Shown here piece by piece: positions 27,989 through 37,286 of a DNA stretch of 39,168 bases (positions are counted from its first letter, which is position 1; each line of letters begins with the position of its first letter). The notes below the pieces were generated by a model that searched no databases, had not been told where the DNA came from, and saw only the letters and a list, made by a program, of their open reading frames with translations. Source of the stretch: Bdellovibrionia bacterium (lineage in GTDB: Bacteria; Bdellovibrionota; UBA1018). Both the position numbers and the translations under genes were made by a program. The stretch is from assembly GCA_045805065.1 (NCBI GenBank), contig JBJMMA010000182.1, positions 1 to 39,168 of the forward strand, in the 5' to 3' direction.

Positions 27989-28237
27989 TTAATAGGTGAG
28001 GCAAACGTCGCTGGGATCGGTACCCGTTATGATTGAGCCTCCGGCTGCAGTGCACGCCACGATGAAAGCGTTGTTGGCACCAGTTCCTGCGCTACAAGAG
28101 ACACAACCACCCGTCGCCGTACAGCCTTTAAAAGGGCCTCCGTCGGCGGTACAGGCCACGACGCTTCCATTGTAGAGCGTTGCCCCAGTGCCCACGCTTA
28201 TCACCACGACCCATGCGGCAATCATAATTTTATTCAT
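27989..28237 (-). CDS. Small secreted six-cysteine protein (paralog 2)
   Basis: 82 aa; shares YxGxVxACxADGGPFxGC...TGGCxSCSAGxGAxxAF...CxAxGGS...SxVC with paralog 1. Confidence 0.85.
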   Translation of the reverse strand: MNKIMIAAWVVVISVGTGATLYNGSVVACTADGGPFKGCTATGGCVSCSAGTGANNAFIVACTAAGGSIITGTDPSDVCLTY

Positions 28238-28249
28238 ATAGTATTTAAG

Positions 28250-28278
28250 ATTTTATGAGTCTTAATCAAAGGTGTCAA
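28250..28278 (-). promoter_or_regulatory. sigma70-type promoter, near-leaderless
   Basis: TTGACA-N17-TAAAAT ending 12 nt before the ATG; no Shine-Dalgarno. Confidence 0.75.
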
Positions 28279-28322
28279 AGTGTGTGGGCCGACCTATGTC
28301 ACTGAGGACACTCCAAAGCAAG

Positions 28323-28360
28323 AAAGCCCGACCTGAAACGCGCTCAGGTCGGGCTTTTTT
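28323..28360. terminator. Intrinsic terminator downstream of the four-Cys paralog pair
   Basis: 14-bp stem AAAGCCCGACCTGA/TCAGGTCGGGCTTT with flanking T tracts. Confidence 0.88.
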
Positions 28361-28382
28361 CTCTATATATTATATGTTTATT

Positions 28383-28838
28383 TTATTCGTTTGGATTGTG
28401 ACGATAGCGATACTGATAGTTCACTTGCGTATAGCAGGTGAAAGTCAGAGAGTCGTATCTCTCGTCGGAGAGATTGGTGACAGTGACAGAAGTCTTCGTG
28501 GCCAAATCGATCGGATCCGCGAGAATGACTAAACGCTTTTTGCCTTCGATCGGCTCGAAGTAAGCGGTCACGATGCCTTCGTAGTCTTTGTAGGAAGCGG
28601 TAAACTGACCCGCGTACGTATCCAGTACGATCGAGCCTTGGCAATCAACGGGTGCAAAGAGCGCATTCGTTTGGTCGTAGACTCTGCCAAGTGCAGTTGG
28701 GCCACTTACGGACGCGCCATCAGGTTTGTTGAACTTTGCTTCACAAACCAGGTCAACGCGATTGTCGCAAATGCCAACTGCTGCATTTGCTTGTTGCTGA
28801 ATCAAAAGAGCTGCGGCGATTAGAATGAAAGTTCTCAT
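28383..28838 (-). CDS. Secreted four-cysteine hypothetical protein (paralog B)
   Basis: Signal MRTFILIAAALLIQQQANA, GGAG RBS; colinear with 28869..29312. Confidence 0.88.
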   Translation of the reverse strand: MRTFILIAAALLIQQQANAAVGICDNRVDLVCEAKFNKPDGASVSGPTALGRVYDQTNALFAPVDCQGSIVLDTYAGQFTASYKDYEGIVTAYFEPIEGKKRLVILADPIDLATKTSVTVTNLSDERYDSLTFTCYTQVNYQYRYRHNPNE

Positions 28839-28868
28839 GATAACTCCGTTATCTCAGTTCGGTTTGGA

Positions 28869-29312
28869 TTATTCGCGCGGATTGTATTGATAGTTCACTT
28901 GCGTGTAGCAGGTAAACGTCACGGACTCATACTTCTTGTTGGAATACATAGGTACAGTGACAGAAGTCTTTCTTTCCGTATCAATCGGTGCAGCATCAAT
29001 GAGCAAGCGCTCGCGGCCTTCGATTGGATCGATCCAAGCGCGCACCGTGCCGTCATAGTCTCTGTAGTTGGCCACAAACTTTCCAGCATCCGTGTAAAGA
29101 ACAACCGAGCCTTCACACTCTGCTGCATCAAAGTATTCTTGTTCTTGATCGTAAACTCTGCCCGCACCCGACGTGACCATTCTGGATGAGCCATCCTTCT
29201 TGTTCATGGTAGCTTCGCAAACCAAATCCAGGCCCCTGCGGCATTGGCCATATCCAGCGAAAGCTTGCTGTTGGATCAAAAAAGCGGCGGCGATTAGGAT
29301 GAAAGTTCTCAT
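28869..29312 (-). CDS. Secreted four-cysteine hypothetical protein (paralog A)
   Basis: Signal MRTFILIAAAFLIQQQAFA, GGAGG RBS; shared DLVCEA, GRVYDQ, PIEG, KTSVTV, TFTCYTQVNYQY. Confidence 0.88.
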   Translation of the reverse strand: MRTFILIAAAFLIQQQAFAGYGQCRRGLDLVCEATMNKKDGSSRMVTSGAGRVYDQEQEYFDAAECEGSVVLYTDAGKFVANYRDYDGTVRAWIDPIEGRERLLIDAAPIDTERKTSVTVPMYSNKKYESVTFTCYTQVNYQYNPRE

Positions 29313-29433
29313 AGGTCCTCCGTAAGAATTTGTGACGCCTTATGCCATAAGTTTCCCGGTTTGGGTATGAAGATCGCTCGGTTCCTGCTATCTTTGGGAC
29401 CAAATCAGCAGTTCCAACCGGGGGGATATTGGG

Positions 29434-29865
29434 ATGAGAATATTTGCTGTCTTGTTAGGCGGTTTCTTTGCTTCTGTAGGCGCTTTTGCCGCCGAATGTA
29501 CCGATTTTTCAGGAGCTTATGTCTGGGTCGCAGATGGCATGTCGACTTCCCTCAGGATTCAACAAACGGGATGCGAGAAGCTGGATGCCGCTTACGATTA
29601 CGGCGATGACGTCGTCCTGACCAGGTCGATGATTTTCGATGGGGTAAAGCGCCCTATGCAACCTACCTCGACATCCTTGGAAGGATTCCTGCTGAAAGAT
29701 AGCGTGATCCTTGTTGAGGGTGAGCTTCATGCCGATGAAGACACCTTTCGTTCGGCTGGGAAAATCTACTTGGATTCACACAAGAACCTCATCGAAGAGA
29801 CAAGTTACTTCGACAAAAATGGCCGCGAGATTGCACACGGCAGCATCCAGTACAACAGACAATAA
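29434..29865 (+). CDS. Secreted hypothetical beta-rich protein
   Basis: Signal peptide ending AFA, ECTDFSGAY N-terminus, two Cys. Confidence 0.8.
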   Translation: MRIFAVLLGGFFASVGAFAAECTDFSGAYVWVADGMSTSLRIQQTGCEKLDAAYDYGDDVVLTRSMIFDGVKRPMQPTSTSLEGFLLKDSVILVEGELHADEDTFRSAGKIYLDSHKNLIEETSYFDKNGREIAHGSIQYNRQ

Positions 29866-30129
29866 CTTCAAAACTTGAAGCGAAATGGAATGCCGTTTAC
29901 GCATCCTTTTGGTTCAGTTGAAACTGCTTACTCATCTGTTTGATCATTGTGTCTGCCGTGATGTTACGGTCGGGCTGCCAGAAGGCAGCGCCCAAAGTTG
30001 CTCTTGCAGAATGGCTGGGAGCTGACTGAGCAAGTGCGCGGCTTCAGTCGATGTGAGTCTCCTGATCAGCGAACCTAGAATGAAGAAAGTGAAAGCTGAA
30101 ACCACCGGGGTTTGCAACATTCCGAAACA

Positions 30130-30603
30130 CTAAGCCGCGCGACCTGTTGAAGCTGATCGAAGCTCGAGCTTCCGAGCTCGGAGTCGTTCGCCTATTTTTT
30201 CCGACTCTTCCACCGAGATAAGGTTTTCAAGCTGTGGAAGGATCGAAGCTTCTTCTTCATCGATATGAGTCAGAACATCTCTCATCAGGACTCGGAAATC
30301 ATCTTCTTTACGTCCTCCGATTTCGTTTCGCATGTCCTGAATCATGTCGTCTATTTTAACATGATCATCGACGGCATCATCAATGATGGATGGGTTTGTC
30401 ATCCCAACCCGCCTGCACTCGGGGTATAAAACTTCTTCTTCAATTTGGCTATGAATCTCAAGCTCGCTCAAAGCATCATTGATGATCTGCTGGCCTGACG
30501 ACGATCCCTCATCTGCCGCGTCCCATTGATCAAACAATTGCTTGATCCTTTTATGGTCTGACTTGATTTCATCTTGTATGGATCGGTTATGAGTTCTTTC
30601 CAT
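30130..30603 (-). CDS. Hemerythrin-domain (HHE) protein
   Basis: DHKRI, HSQIEEEVLYP, DH, HIDEEE metal ligands; GGAG RBS. Confidence 0.9.
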   Translation of the reverse strand: MERTHNRSIQDEIKSDHKRIKQLFDQWDAADEGSSSGQQIINDALSELEIHSQIEEEVLYPECRRVGMTNPSIIDDAVDDHVKIDDMIQDMRNEIGGRKEDDFRVLMRDVLTHIDEEEASILPQLENLISVEESEKIGERLRARKLELRSASTGRAA

Positions 30604-30736
30604 TTTTCACTCCCCCTCGCAGATTCGTAAGTAGCCGATTGTAAGCATATGCATATGCAAATGAAGAACCCTTTGACCTAGGGTGTGATGCGCTCGTCGC
30701 TAGCTGGGCATAGGCAGGTGGGAGAGTATTTGCATA

Positions 30737-32107
30737 ATGGGTCGATTTTTCCGTTCAATTCTTGCCGGGATGCTTCTATTGGTTGGGCTGACGCCCTCTG
30801 TGCAGGCGGCAGATGAAGTGCGTCTGCTGACAATTAACGGAGTCATTAGTCCGGTGACATCGCGTTATCTCAAGCGAGAGCTCAACGATGCGGCACGCTC
30901 CAATACAAATGCTGTAATTGTATCGCTCGATTCGCCCGGAGGGCTTGAACGCTCTATGCGCGAAATCGTCATAGCAATCCTCAATTCCCCTGTACCTGTG
31001 ATCATTTATGTCTCGCCGTCTGGAGCACGGGCCGCATCCGCTGGAATGTTCATTACGATTGCAGGAAGTATCGCAGCTATGGCGCCCGGTACGAATATTG
31101 GTGCGGCTCATCCGGTAACGCTTGGCGGCGGCGATGAGACGAGCACGACGATGGAGAAAAAAGTCTTGAACGACGTTGCCTCCTTTGCGCGCTCAATTGC
31201 CGCTGAACGAGGAAGAAACTCCGATTGGGTTCAGGAGGCAGTCATAAATAGCGCATCCATTACTGCCCGAGAGGCCGAGCAGCTAGGAGTAATTGATTTT
31301 CAAGCGCGTGACCTAAAGGAATTACTTGAGCGCTCAAATGGAAAGATTGTTGAGACGCCCAGCGGAAAAATAACTCTCAAGACCAGCGGTCTATCTATTG
31401 TCGATCGGCCTATGAGTCTTCCAGAAAGATTGCTTGAGACTCTCACAGATCCGACGATCGCGTATATTTTGGTCATTCTTGGGTTTATCGGGATCATCGC
31501 TGAGTTTTATCATCCAGGCACTTTTGTTCCCGGTACAGTCGGCGCTCTTTCACTTCTCCTGGGATACATTGCTTTAGGTAGCCTGCCGATCAATTGGGTG
31601 GGTGTATTTTTATTGATTATCGGCATCGGTCTATTGATCGCGGAGCTTCATTATCCAACATTGGGTGCTCTGGGTACGGCCGGGCTTTGCACATTCATTA
31701 TCGGCTCTCTTTTGCTTTATCGTCCATTCCATCCGGTTTCTCCCACGATGCCTCTCGTGCGACTCAATCTTTGGGCGTTGGCAGCTATGTCAGCGCTTGT
31801 GGCTGGATTCTTTCTAGGAGTCCTGCGTCTTGCATGGGCGGCAAGACATCGGCCTGTGATGACAGGGCCAGAAGCTTTAATTGGTATGACTGCCATCGCC
31901 GAATCAGATCTTCGGCCAAAAGGAGTTGTGAACCTGAAAGGAGAGCGCTGGACCGCTGAAAGCGAATCGCCTAATCAGGGCCGTGTCATACATGCCGGAG
32001 AACGTGTCGAAGTATCCGGCGTGCGGGGGGTAACGCTGAAAGTTAGGGCAACTGCTCAGGCCGGGGGCCGGTCGCGCCCAGATCTTAAAAAATCAAAGTG
32101 GGGCTGA
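30737..32107 (+). CDS. nfeD: NfeD-family membrane-bound serine protease (long form, stomatin partner)
   Basis: ClpP-like domain with DSPGG, RAASAG, TNIGAA, KVLND; TM bundle; C-terminal OB domain (GERWTA). Confidence 0.92.
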   Translation: MGRFFRSILAGMLLLVGLTPSVQAADEVRLLTINGVISPVTSRYLKRELNDAARSNTNAVIVSLDSPGGLERSMREIVIAILNSPVPVIIYVSPSGARAASAGMFITIAGSIAAMAPGTNIGAAHPVTLGGGDETSTTMEKKVLNDVASFARSIAAERGRNSDWVQEAVINSASITAREAEQLGVIDFQARDLKELLERSNGKIVETPSGKITLKTSGLSIVDRPMSLPERLLETLTDPTIAYILVILGFIGIIAEFYHPGTFVPGTVGALSLLLGYIALGSLPINWVGVFLLIIGIGLLIAELHYPTLGALGTAGLCTFIIGSLLLYRPFHPVSPTMPLVRLNLWALAAMSALVAGFFLGVLRLAWAARHRPVMTGPEALIGMTAIAESDLRPKGVVNLKGERWTAESESPNQGRVIHAGERVEVSGVRGVTLKVRATAQAGGRSRPDLKKSKWG

Positions 32108-32129
32108 GGATTGCAGCGGGGATAAACTT

Positions 32130-33032
32130 ATGCCGATAGCAGCAGCTTTCAATCCAGTCTTCATCGTATTTGCAGTAATATTAGCCGCTCTTCTTTGCTT
32201 GTTAGCGCTGGCGATTCGCATCGTGCCTGAATATCAACGGCTTATTGTGTTTCGTCTGGGTCGCTTTATTGGAGCGAAGGGCCCAGGCCTTGTTCTTTTG
32301 ATTCCTGTCGTTGATCGCGGCGTACGCGCAGACTTGCGCGAGACATTTTTTGATGTGATGCCTCAAACCTGCATCACTAAAGACAATGCCCAGCTTGCGA
32401 TTGATTTTCTGGTCTATATGAAGATCATCGATGCGGCTCCTAGTGTATTAAACGTGGCTAACTACAATGGTGCCGCGCGAGGAATTGCCATCACTACTTT
32501 GCGTGCGGTCGTGGGCGACATGATGCTGGATGAGGTTTTATCGAAGCGCGAACTCATTAACCAGGTTTTGCGGGGAAAGCTCGATGATGTGACCAATCGT
32601 TGGGGCATTAAGGTTACGGCAGTCGAAATTCGAGAAATCATTCCGCCCCGAGAAATTCAGGATGCTATGACAAAACAAATGTCTGCGGAGCGAAGCCGGC
32701 GCGCGATGGTCACAGAAGCGGATGGTATGCGCGAAAGAGCGATCCGAGTAGCTCAGGGACAAAAGCAATCCGCTATCCTTGAAGCTGAAGGGATCCGACA
32801 GGCGCAGATTCTCAAGGCCGAGGGTTACTCGCTCGCATTGAGGAAAATATTTGAAGTAGCGAACACGATAGACCAGAAAACGATGGGACTGCAGTATCTG
32901 GATGCTTTAAAGACTCTGGGTGCGTCTTCTTCGTCCAAGTTCATCGTTCCAATGGAGCTTACGTCGCTTCTCAAGCCATTTATGAGCGAGGAGTCTCCAG
33001 CTCAAACGCGGGGGAAGGATAAGGCGGCTTGA
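32130..33032 (+). CDS. SPFH/stomatin-like (band 7) protein
   Basis: N-terminal TM helix, FRLGR, GPGL, ITKDN, TTLRAVVG, WGIKV, QMSAER. Confidence 0.95.
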   Translation: MPIAAAFNPVFIVFAVILAALLCLLALAIRIVPEYQRLIVFRLGRFIGAKGPGLVLLIPVVDRGVRADLRETFFDVMPQTCITKDNAQLAIDFLVYMKIIDAAPSVLNVANYNGAARGIAITTLRAVVGDMMLDEVLSKRELINQVLRGKLDDVTNRWGIKVTAVEIREIIPPREIQDAMTKQMSAERSRRAMVTEADGMRERAIRVAQGQKQSAILEAEGIRQAQILKAEGYSLALRKIFEVANTIDQKTMGLQYLDALKTLGASSSSKFIVPMELTSLLKPFMSEESPAQTRGKDKAA

Positions 33033-33792
33033 TCTTTGCGGAATCAAAATCCAAGTCCGTGGCCAGGCCTTCGCTGACATAGGCTGCGGCAGTGTCCACC
33101 ACGCGGTAGTCGACAAAGTAAGAGTACAAGTTTTGGTCTGAAGGCCGTTTTCCATAGACGTTGAGATATTTGAGCGGCAAATGTTTCAATTCAAGGGACA
33201 TGGCAATGGCTGGCGCTCCGATGTAATCTTCAATGACCCGCGTATCAATTGGATCAAAAAAGAGAACACCCTCGTAGAAATCGCGCACTTTCGGATGCGT
33301 CGCGATCACCAGATAATCGGCCTCAAGAACAGAAGACGCAAACTGATACATAAACTGAATCAATGGGAAGAAAACGTTCTTATTATTGCACCGACGATAG
33401 GAACGCTCGATTGCAAAGCAGGTGACTTCAAGGACTTTGCCATTGCCTGCGCGATAGCGGTCAAGCGTCCAGGACTTCTCAAGCGGAAGATCCAAGGTCT
33501 CGTCATCGGCCAGAGTCAGGGTCCCAACCACTTTGTCGCCATCCTTGGCGATAATGATGGGCGTCCTGGGCAGCGAATGATGGGGGACAGTTCTCATTCC
33601 ATTGGGTTGGGGCTGGCAGAAACCCATATCAACATAAGCGTCGTGCAGCACTTTGAAGGCTCCAGCCCGCTCTTCAGGAGTAGAAGCAAGCTTAACGACA
33701 ATGTTCGCATCCAGATTCAATGGAACTCGAACCCTGGAGCGCATAAAGCGTTGCCTTGCTAGCGTTGGAAGAGCTGCAAGAAAAGACTTCAA
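32980..33792 (-). CDS. GNAT/acyl-ACP acyltransferase, FeeM N-acyl amino acid synthase-like
   Basis: AFKVLHDAYV..G, VVGTLTL, LPLE, EVTCFAI, IATHPK..FY...LFF, GAPA pattern. Start uncertain. Confidence 0.72.
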   Translation of the reverse strand: MKSFLAALPTLARQRFMRSRVRVPLNLDANIVVKLASTPEERAGAFKVLHDAYVDMGFCQPQPNGMRTVPHHSLPRTPIIIAKDGDKVVGTLTLADDETLDLPLEKSWTLDRYRAGNGKVLEVTCFAIERSYRRCNNKNVFFPLIQFMYQFASSVLEADYLVIATHPKVRDFYEGVLFFDPIDTRVIEDYIGAPAIAMSLELKHLPLKYLNVYGKRPSDQNLYSYFVDYRVVDTAAAYVSEGLATDLDFDSAKIKPPYPSPAFELETPRS

Positions 33793-33925
33793 AACAAAGT
33801 TTTTGAAACGCAGGGTACTACTCGATCGTTAGGGTAGGTTCTTCCCGTATTACGACCGAGATTTCAAAAAGTTGTGTAAAAAGTGAAAAACGGATGGCCG
33901 CCTGCTCGTCCTCGTGCTTGGATTA

Positions 33926-33939
33926 TTCAATATGTTGAA
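33926..33939. promoter_or_regulatory. LysR-type (T-N11-A) palindromic box upstream of pirin
   Basis: TTCAA-TATG-TTGAA about 95 bp before the pirin ATG. Confidence 0.55.
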
Positions 33940-34032
33940 CAGTGATTTTACATTATTCCGTCTAATGAAATGATCGAAACGGGCGTATTCTGGTTTCAGG
34001 ATTAAGGAACAAATTTAGAAAGAGAGCCTATT

Positions 34033-34731
34033 ATGATTACTGTTAGAAAGTCGAACGAGCGAGGACATGCGAAACACGGCTGGCTGGATAGCCACCATAC
34101 GTTTTCTTTCGCAAATTACTATGACCCACGTCACACAGGCTTTCGCGATCTTCTGGTCATTAACGAAGACCGCGTTATTGGCGGAGCTGGCTTTGGCAAG
34201 CATGGCCATCAGGATATGGAGATTGTCTCTTATGTTCTCGACGGGCAGCTTGAGCACAAAGACAGCATGGGCACGGGATCCGTCCTGAAGTATGGAGACG
34301 TGCAGCGCATGAGCGCTGGTACCGGCGTGCGCCACAGTGAGTTTAACCACTCCAAAGAAAAGAACCTGCACTTCCTTCAAATCTGGATTACTCCGCGAGC
34401 TGAAGGCTTGGCTCCAGGCTATGAGGAAAAAAGCTTCTCGACCGAAGAGAAGAAGAATCAGCTCAGACTGATTGTCTCTCCGGATGGCGCTCAGGAATCA
34501 TTGCATATCAACCAGGACGCATCGATTTACGCGAGCATCCTGGATGAGGACAAGACTGTCTCCATGCCATTGCGTGAGGGACGGCACAGCTGGATTCAGG
34601 TGGCTCGTGGATGGATTGAAGTCAACGGCGTCAAACTCAAAGAAGGGGATGGTGCCGCAATCAGCCAGGAGAAAAAGCTTGAGATGAAGGCTTTGGCTCC
34701 GTCTGAGTTCCTGGTTTTTGACTTGGCATAA
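34033..34731 (+). CDS. yhhW: Pirin family protein (YhhW-like)
   Basis: GWLDSHHTFSFANYY, INED, HGHQDMEI, HKDSMG, MSAGTGVRHSE, LQIW. Confidence 0.95.
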   Translation: MITVRKSNERGHAKHGWLDSHHTFSFANYYDPRHTGFRDLLVINEDRVIGGAGFGKHGHQDMEIVSYVLDGQLEHKDSMGTGSVLKYGDVQRMSAGTGVRHSEFNHSKEKNLHFLQIWITPRAEGLAPGYEEKSFSTEEKKNQLRLIVSPDGAQESLHINQDASIYASILDEDKTVSMPLREGRHSWIQVARGWIEVNGVKLKEGDGAAISQEKKLEMKALAPSEFLVFDLA

Positions 34732-34766
34732 TTCTTCGAGATAGATATTCCGGAGAGTCATCAACC

Positions 34767-35672
34767 ATGTGGAACAATGCGCAAGGCGAGTTCGTCAGAT
34801 ATACGTCCCAATTCCGAAATCGCGTCTCCAAGGTCGAGCCCGGAAGGTATCACCTGTACATTTCCTGGGCTTGTCCTTGGGCGCATCGGACGGCCATCGT
34901 TCGAAGCCTTTTAGGGCTTCAGGACGCGATCTCGCTCTCAGCAGTAGGCCCTGTTTGGAATGACAAGGGTTGGACTTTTACCGATAATGAACCGGGAGTG
35001 ATTCCTGATTTTGTGAATCATCAACGGGATCTGATCGATATCTATCGCCTGGCAGATCCTAAGTATGACGACGAGGAGACGACTCCTGTTCTATGGGACA
35101 AGGAAGCACGCACGATCGTCAACAACGAGTCTCTTGAGATCATCAAAATGTTTGCGACGGATTTTTTACCGATCGCAAAAAATAAAATCGACCTCTATCC
35201 TGAGTCGTTACGCGGGGAAGTAGATCGAGTGGTCGAAGAAATTTATCCCTCGATCAATAACGGCGTTTACATGGCAGGTTTTGCGACTTCGCAAAAAGCC
35301 TATGAGCGCGCTTATATACATCTCTTCAAAGCGTTGGATTATTGGGAAGGGGAGCTTGGAAAGCGCCGTTACATGGTGGGCTCGCAGCTTACGCTCGCGG
35401 ATATTTGTTTGTTTACAACGCTGCTGAGATTTGACCTGGTATACTACAGCCACTTCAAATGCAATCGCCAGCACATCTACGAGTTTCCAAATCTTTGGGG
35501 ATATGTGCGCGATATCTATCAAACGCCAGGCGTTGCTGAGACCTGTAACTTTGATCACATCAAGCGCCACTATTACATCAGCCAGAAGGATATTAATCCG
35601 ACGCAGATTGTGCCTGTTGGACCAGTGATTGATTTCTCAACGCCGCATGGGCGTGAACGTTTGATGGCTTAA
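34767..35672 (+). CDS. yqjG: Glutathionyl-hydroquinone reductase (GST Xi/omega-like)
   Basis: GRYHLYISWACPWAHR, PVLWDK, IVNNES, NNGVY, LFTTLLRFD, HFKCN, HIKRHYY. Confidence 0.93.
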   Translation: MWNNAQGEFVRYTSQFRNRVSKVEPGRYHLYISWACPWAHRTAIVRSLLGLQDAISLSAVGPVWNDKGWTFTDNEPGVIPDFVNHQRDLIDIYRLADPKYDDEETTPVLWDKEARTIVNNESLEIIKMFATDFLPIAKNKIDLYPESLRGEVDRVVEEIYPSINNGVYMAGFATSQKAYERAYIHLFKALDYWEGELGKRRYMVGSQLTLADICLFTTLLRFDLVYYSHFKCNRQHIYEFPNLWGYVRDIYQTPGVAETCNFDHIKRHYYISQKDINPTQIVPVGPVIDFSTPHGRERLMA

Positions 35673-35851
35673 TTGCCAATGTACTGGCAGGCAAACAGAT
35701 CCTGCACCCCTGTGAGCGTATTTCCATCGAGCCCGCCGCGAGTGGTTCCAACCACGTAGAGATGACCTGAAGCGTTCATGCCTAGGAATGCAAACGCCTC
35801 GAGCGGAACGCTGCAGCTGAGCGCCAGTAGCCAGTACTTCCAACACCGCAT
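35669..35851 (-). pseudogene. Collapsed SBBP beta-propeller gene (signal peptide fused to last repeat), 60 aa
   Basis: Starts 1 nt after the fibre stop. Signal-like MRCWKYWLLALSCSVPLEAFA, then SGHLYVVGTTRGGLDGNTLTGVQDLFACQYIGN, matching the C-terminus of 37287..39168. A 23-bp stretch is identical at 35673-35695 and 37291-37313. Confidence 0.72.
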
Positions 35852-35852
35852 C

Positions 35853-37124
35853 TTAAAATCCGCGCAGCCATGCTATGTATGCAGTTGTATCCGAAGCGAT
35901 AATCGTCATGACGGTAGTGGTTCCGGCATTGACGATAACTTGTGACGACGGGCAGTTGGGTTGGCACTTCACTGTGTAGCCCGTCGGAGAGAGCGTGTAA
36001 GTTCCACCCGTCGCATTCGTTAAAATGACGGTGTAGGTACCACCGGCTTTCATATTGTTCAGAGTGATGGTGCCTGCAGCAGCAGAAGTGGTCTGCATGT
36101 TGCCGTTGTTCATATCAAGAGTCGCGCTCGCGGTCGCATTATAGAAAGTTCCAACCGCTTGGCCTGTAACATCCAGTGCTGCGCGAGGACCAGTGGTGCC
36201 GATTCCAATGTTTCCACCGGTGTAATAGGCATCAGAGCCGCTGAGCGTGAAAGGACTTGCGCCGGTTCCGCCGGTTGCACCTGTAGGTCCTGTTGCGCCG
36301 GTTGCGCCCGTCGCACCGTTAGTTCCGTTTGTACCGTTCGTGCCTGCAGGACCTGTTGGACCTTGAGTACCCGTAGCGCCAGTTGCACCTGCAGCGCCCG
36401 TAGGACCCGTTGCACCTGCAGCTCCTGTGGCGCCCGTTGGGCCGACAAGACCTGAGCTTGGGCCAACCCAGTTACCGCTGGAGTCGATGACTTCAGAGCC
36501 GTTTACCTTAATGCCGTTACCGGAAGGAATCACGGCATCAGATCCAGAGAGTTGAAAGAAATTTCCAAGCGGAATGCCTTGCAGGGTTTCTGCCGACCAG
36601 GCTTGTGGAACAGCATCGATCTTCTCATCTGGAGAAAGAGTCACGGTGGTTCCAGTGGATGAAGGCGTAACTTGAACTTGCATGACACGCGCATCGCCTG
36701 CACTTGGAGTGTAGCCCGATGCGCAGTTCGTCCCGGCGGCGCGCACCTGGGTGCCATCGTTTCTGAAAACCGTGGCCATTCTCAAGCCGGGATCATTTGC
36801 GGTGCGTTTTCCGCCTGACGTTGCAGCTTGTCCGACTTGAACGGAGAACATTCCGTTGGAAGTAGAAGTATCAACGGTTTGTGTCTCTTCGTAGAGAAGA
36901 CAGTTTTTGGAAGGGTTGTAGATGGATAAAACCAAGTCTACGCTTGAATCCGTCAGGGGGGAGGAGGAGCTGTTCAGAAGCTGCCCTTGATACGTGAAGG
37001 TCTGAGCGTTCTCCGAGAAAGCATGCGCATTCAATGAAGTTACAAGAAGAGCCAGGGTTGCGCTGGCTTTCAGTGCCCGACGACCTAACCCGACACGTCC
37101 TGCACTTTTCTTGGAGATATGCAC
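35853..37124 (-). CDS. Collagen-like trimeric fibre/adhesin (Bdellovibrio MAT-like)
   Basis: Signal (AHA); N-terminal TFTYQGQL...CLLYEETQ...NGMFSVQVG domain; 22 consecutive G-X-Y triplets; [18 protein letters not shown] fibre motif; small C-terminal beta domain ending WLRGF. Confidence 0.85.
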   Translation of the reverse strand: MHISKKSAGRVGLGRRALKASATLALLVTSLNAHAFSENAQTFTYQGQLLNSSSSPLTDSSVDLVLSIYNPSKNCLLYEETQTVDTSTSNGMFSVQVGQAATSGGKRTANDPGLRMATVFRNDGTQVRAAGTNCASGYTPSAGDARVMQVQVTPSSTGTTVTLSPDEKIDAVPQAWSAETLQGIPLGNFFQLSGSDAVIPSGNGIKVNGSEVIDSSGNWVGPSSGLVGPTGATGAAGATGPTGAAGATGATGTQGPTGPAGTNGTNGTNGATGATGATGPTGATGGTGASPFTLSGSDAYYTGGNIGIGTTGPRAALDVTGQAVGTFYNATASATLDMNNGNMQTTSAAAGTITLNNMKAGGTYTVILTNATGGTYTLSPTGYTVKCQPNCPSSQVIVNAGTTTVMTIIASDTTAYIAWLRGF

Positions 37125-37259
37125 GTTCTACACTCCTTACATTGATGTTCTCTTTATATTTTCGGTTAATTTGCGAAAAAACTGTCAAAAATCAGTTTCT
37201 AAAAAAGCCATTCAATTCGGCGACTTGTAGATTGTATAAATATAATTTAACAGTTGTTG

Positions 37260-37273
37260 AATAAATATTTATT
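37260..37273. promoter_or_regulatory. Perfect 14-bp AT palindrome in the AT-rich region upstream of the fibre gene
   Basis: AATAAATATTTATT. Confidence 0.3.
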
Positions 37274-37286
37274 GAAGAGGAGTGCG

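Noticed and set aside
27653..28237. Six-Cys peptides as ranthipeptide/lanthipeptide RiPP precursors or lipoproteins
   Set aside because: Leaders look Sec-type and no modifying enzymes are nearby. The VxAC motif is separated from the hydrophobic core by polar residues. Not fully excluded.
29920..30030. Lipoprotein-signal-like fragment (LLICLIIVSAVMLRSGCQK) in the intergenic gap
   Set aside because: No in-frame start and an early stop; too short to call even a pseudogene.
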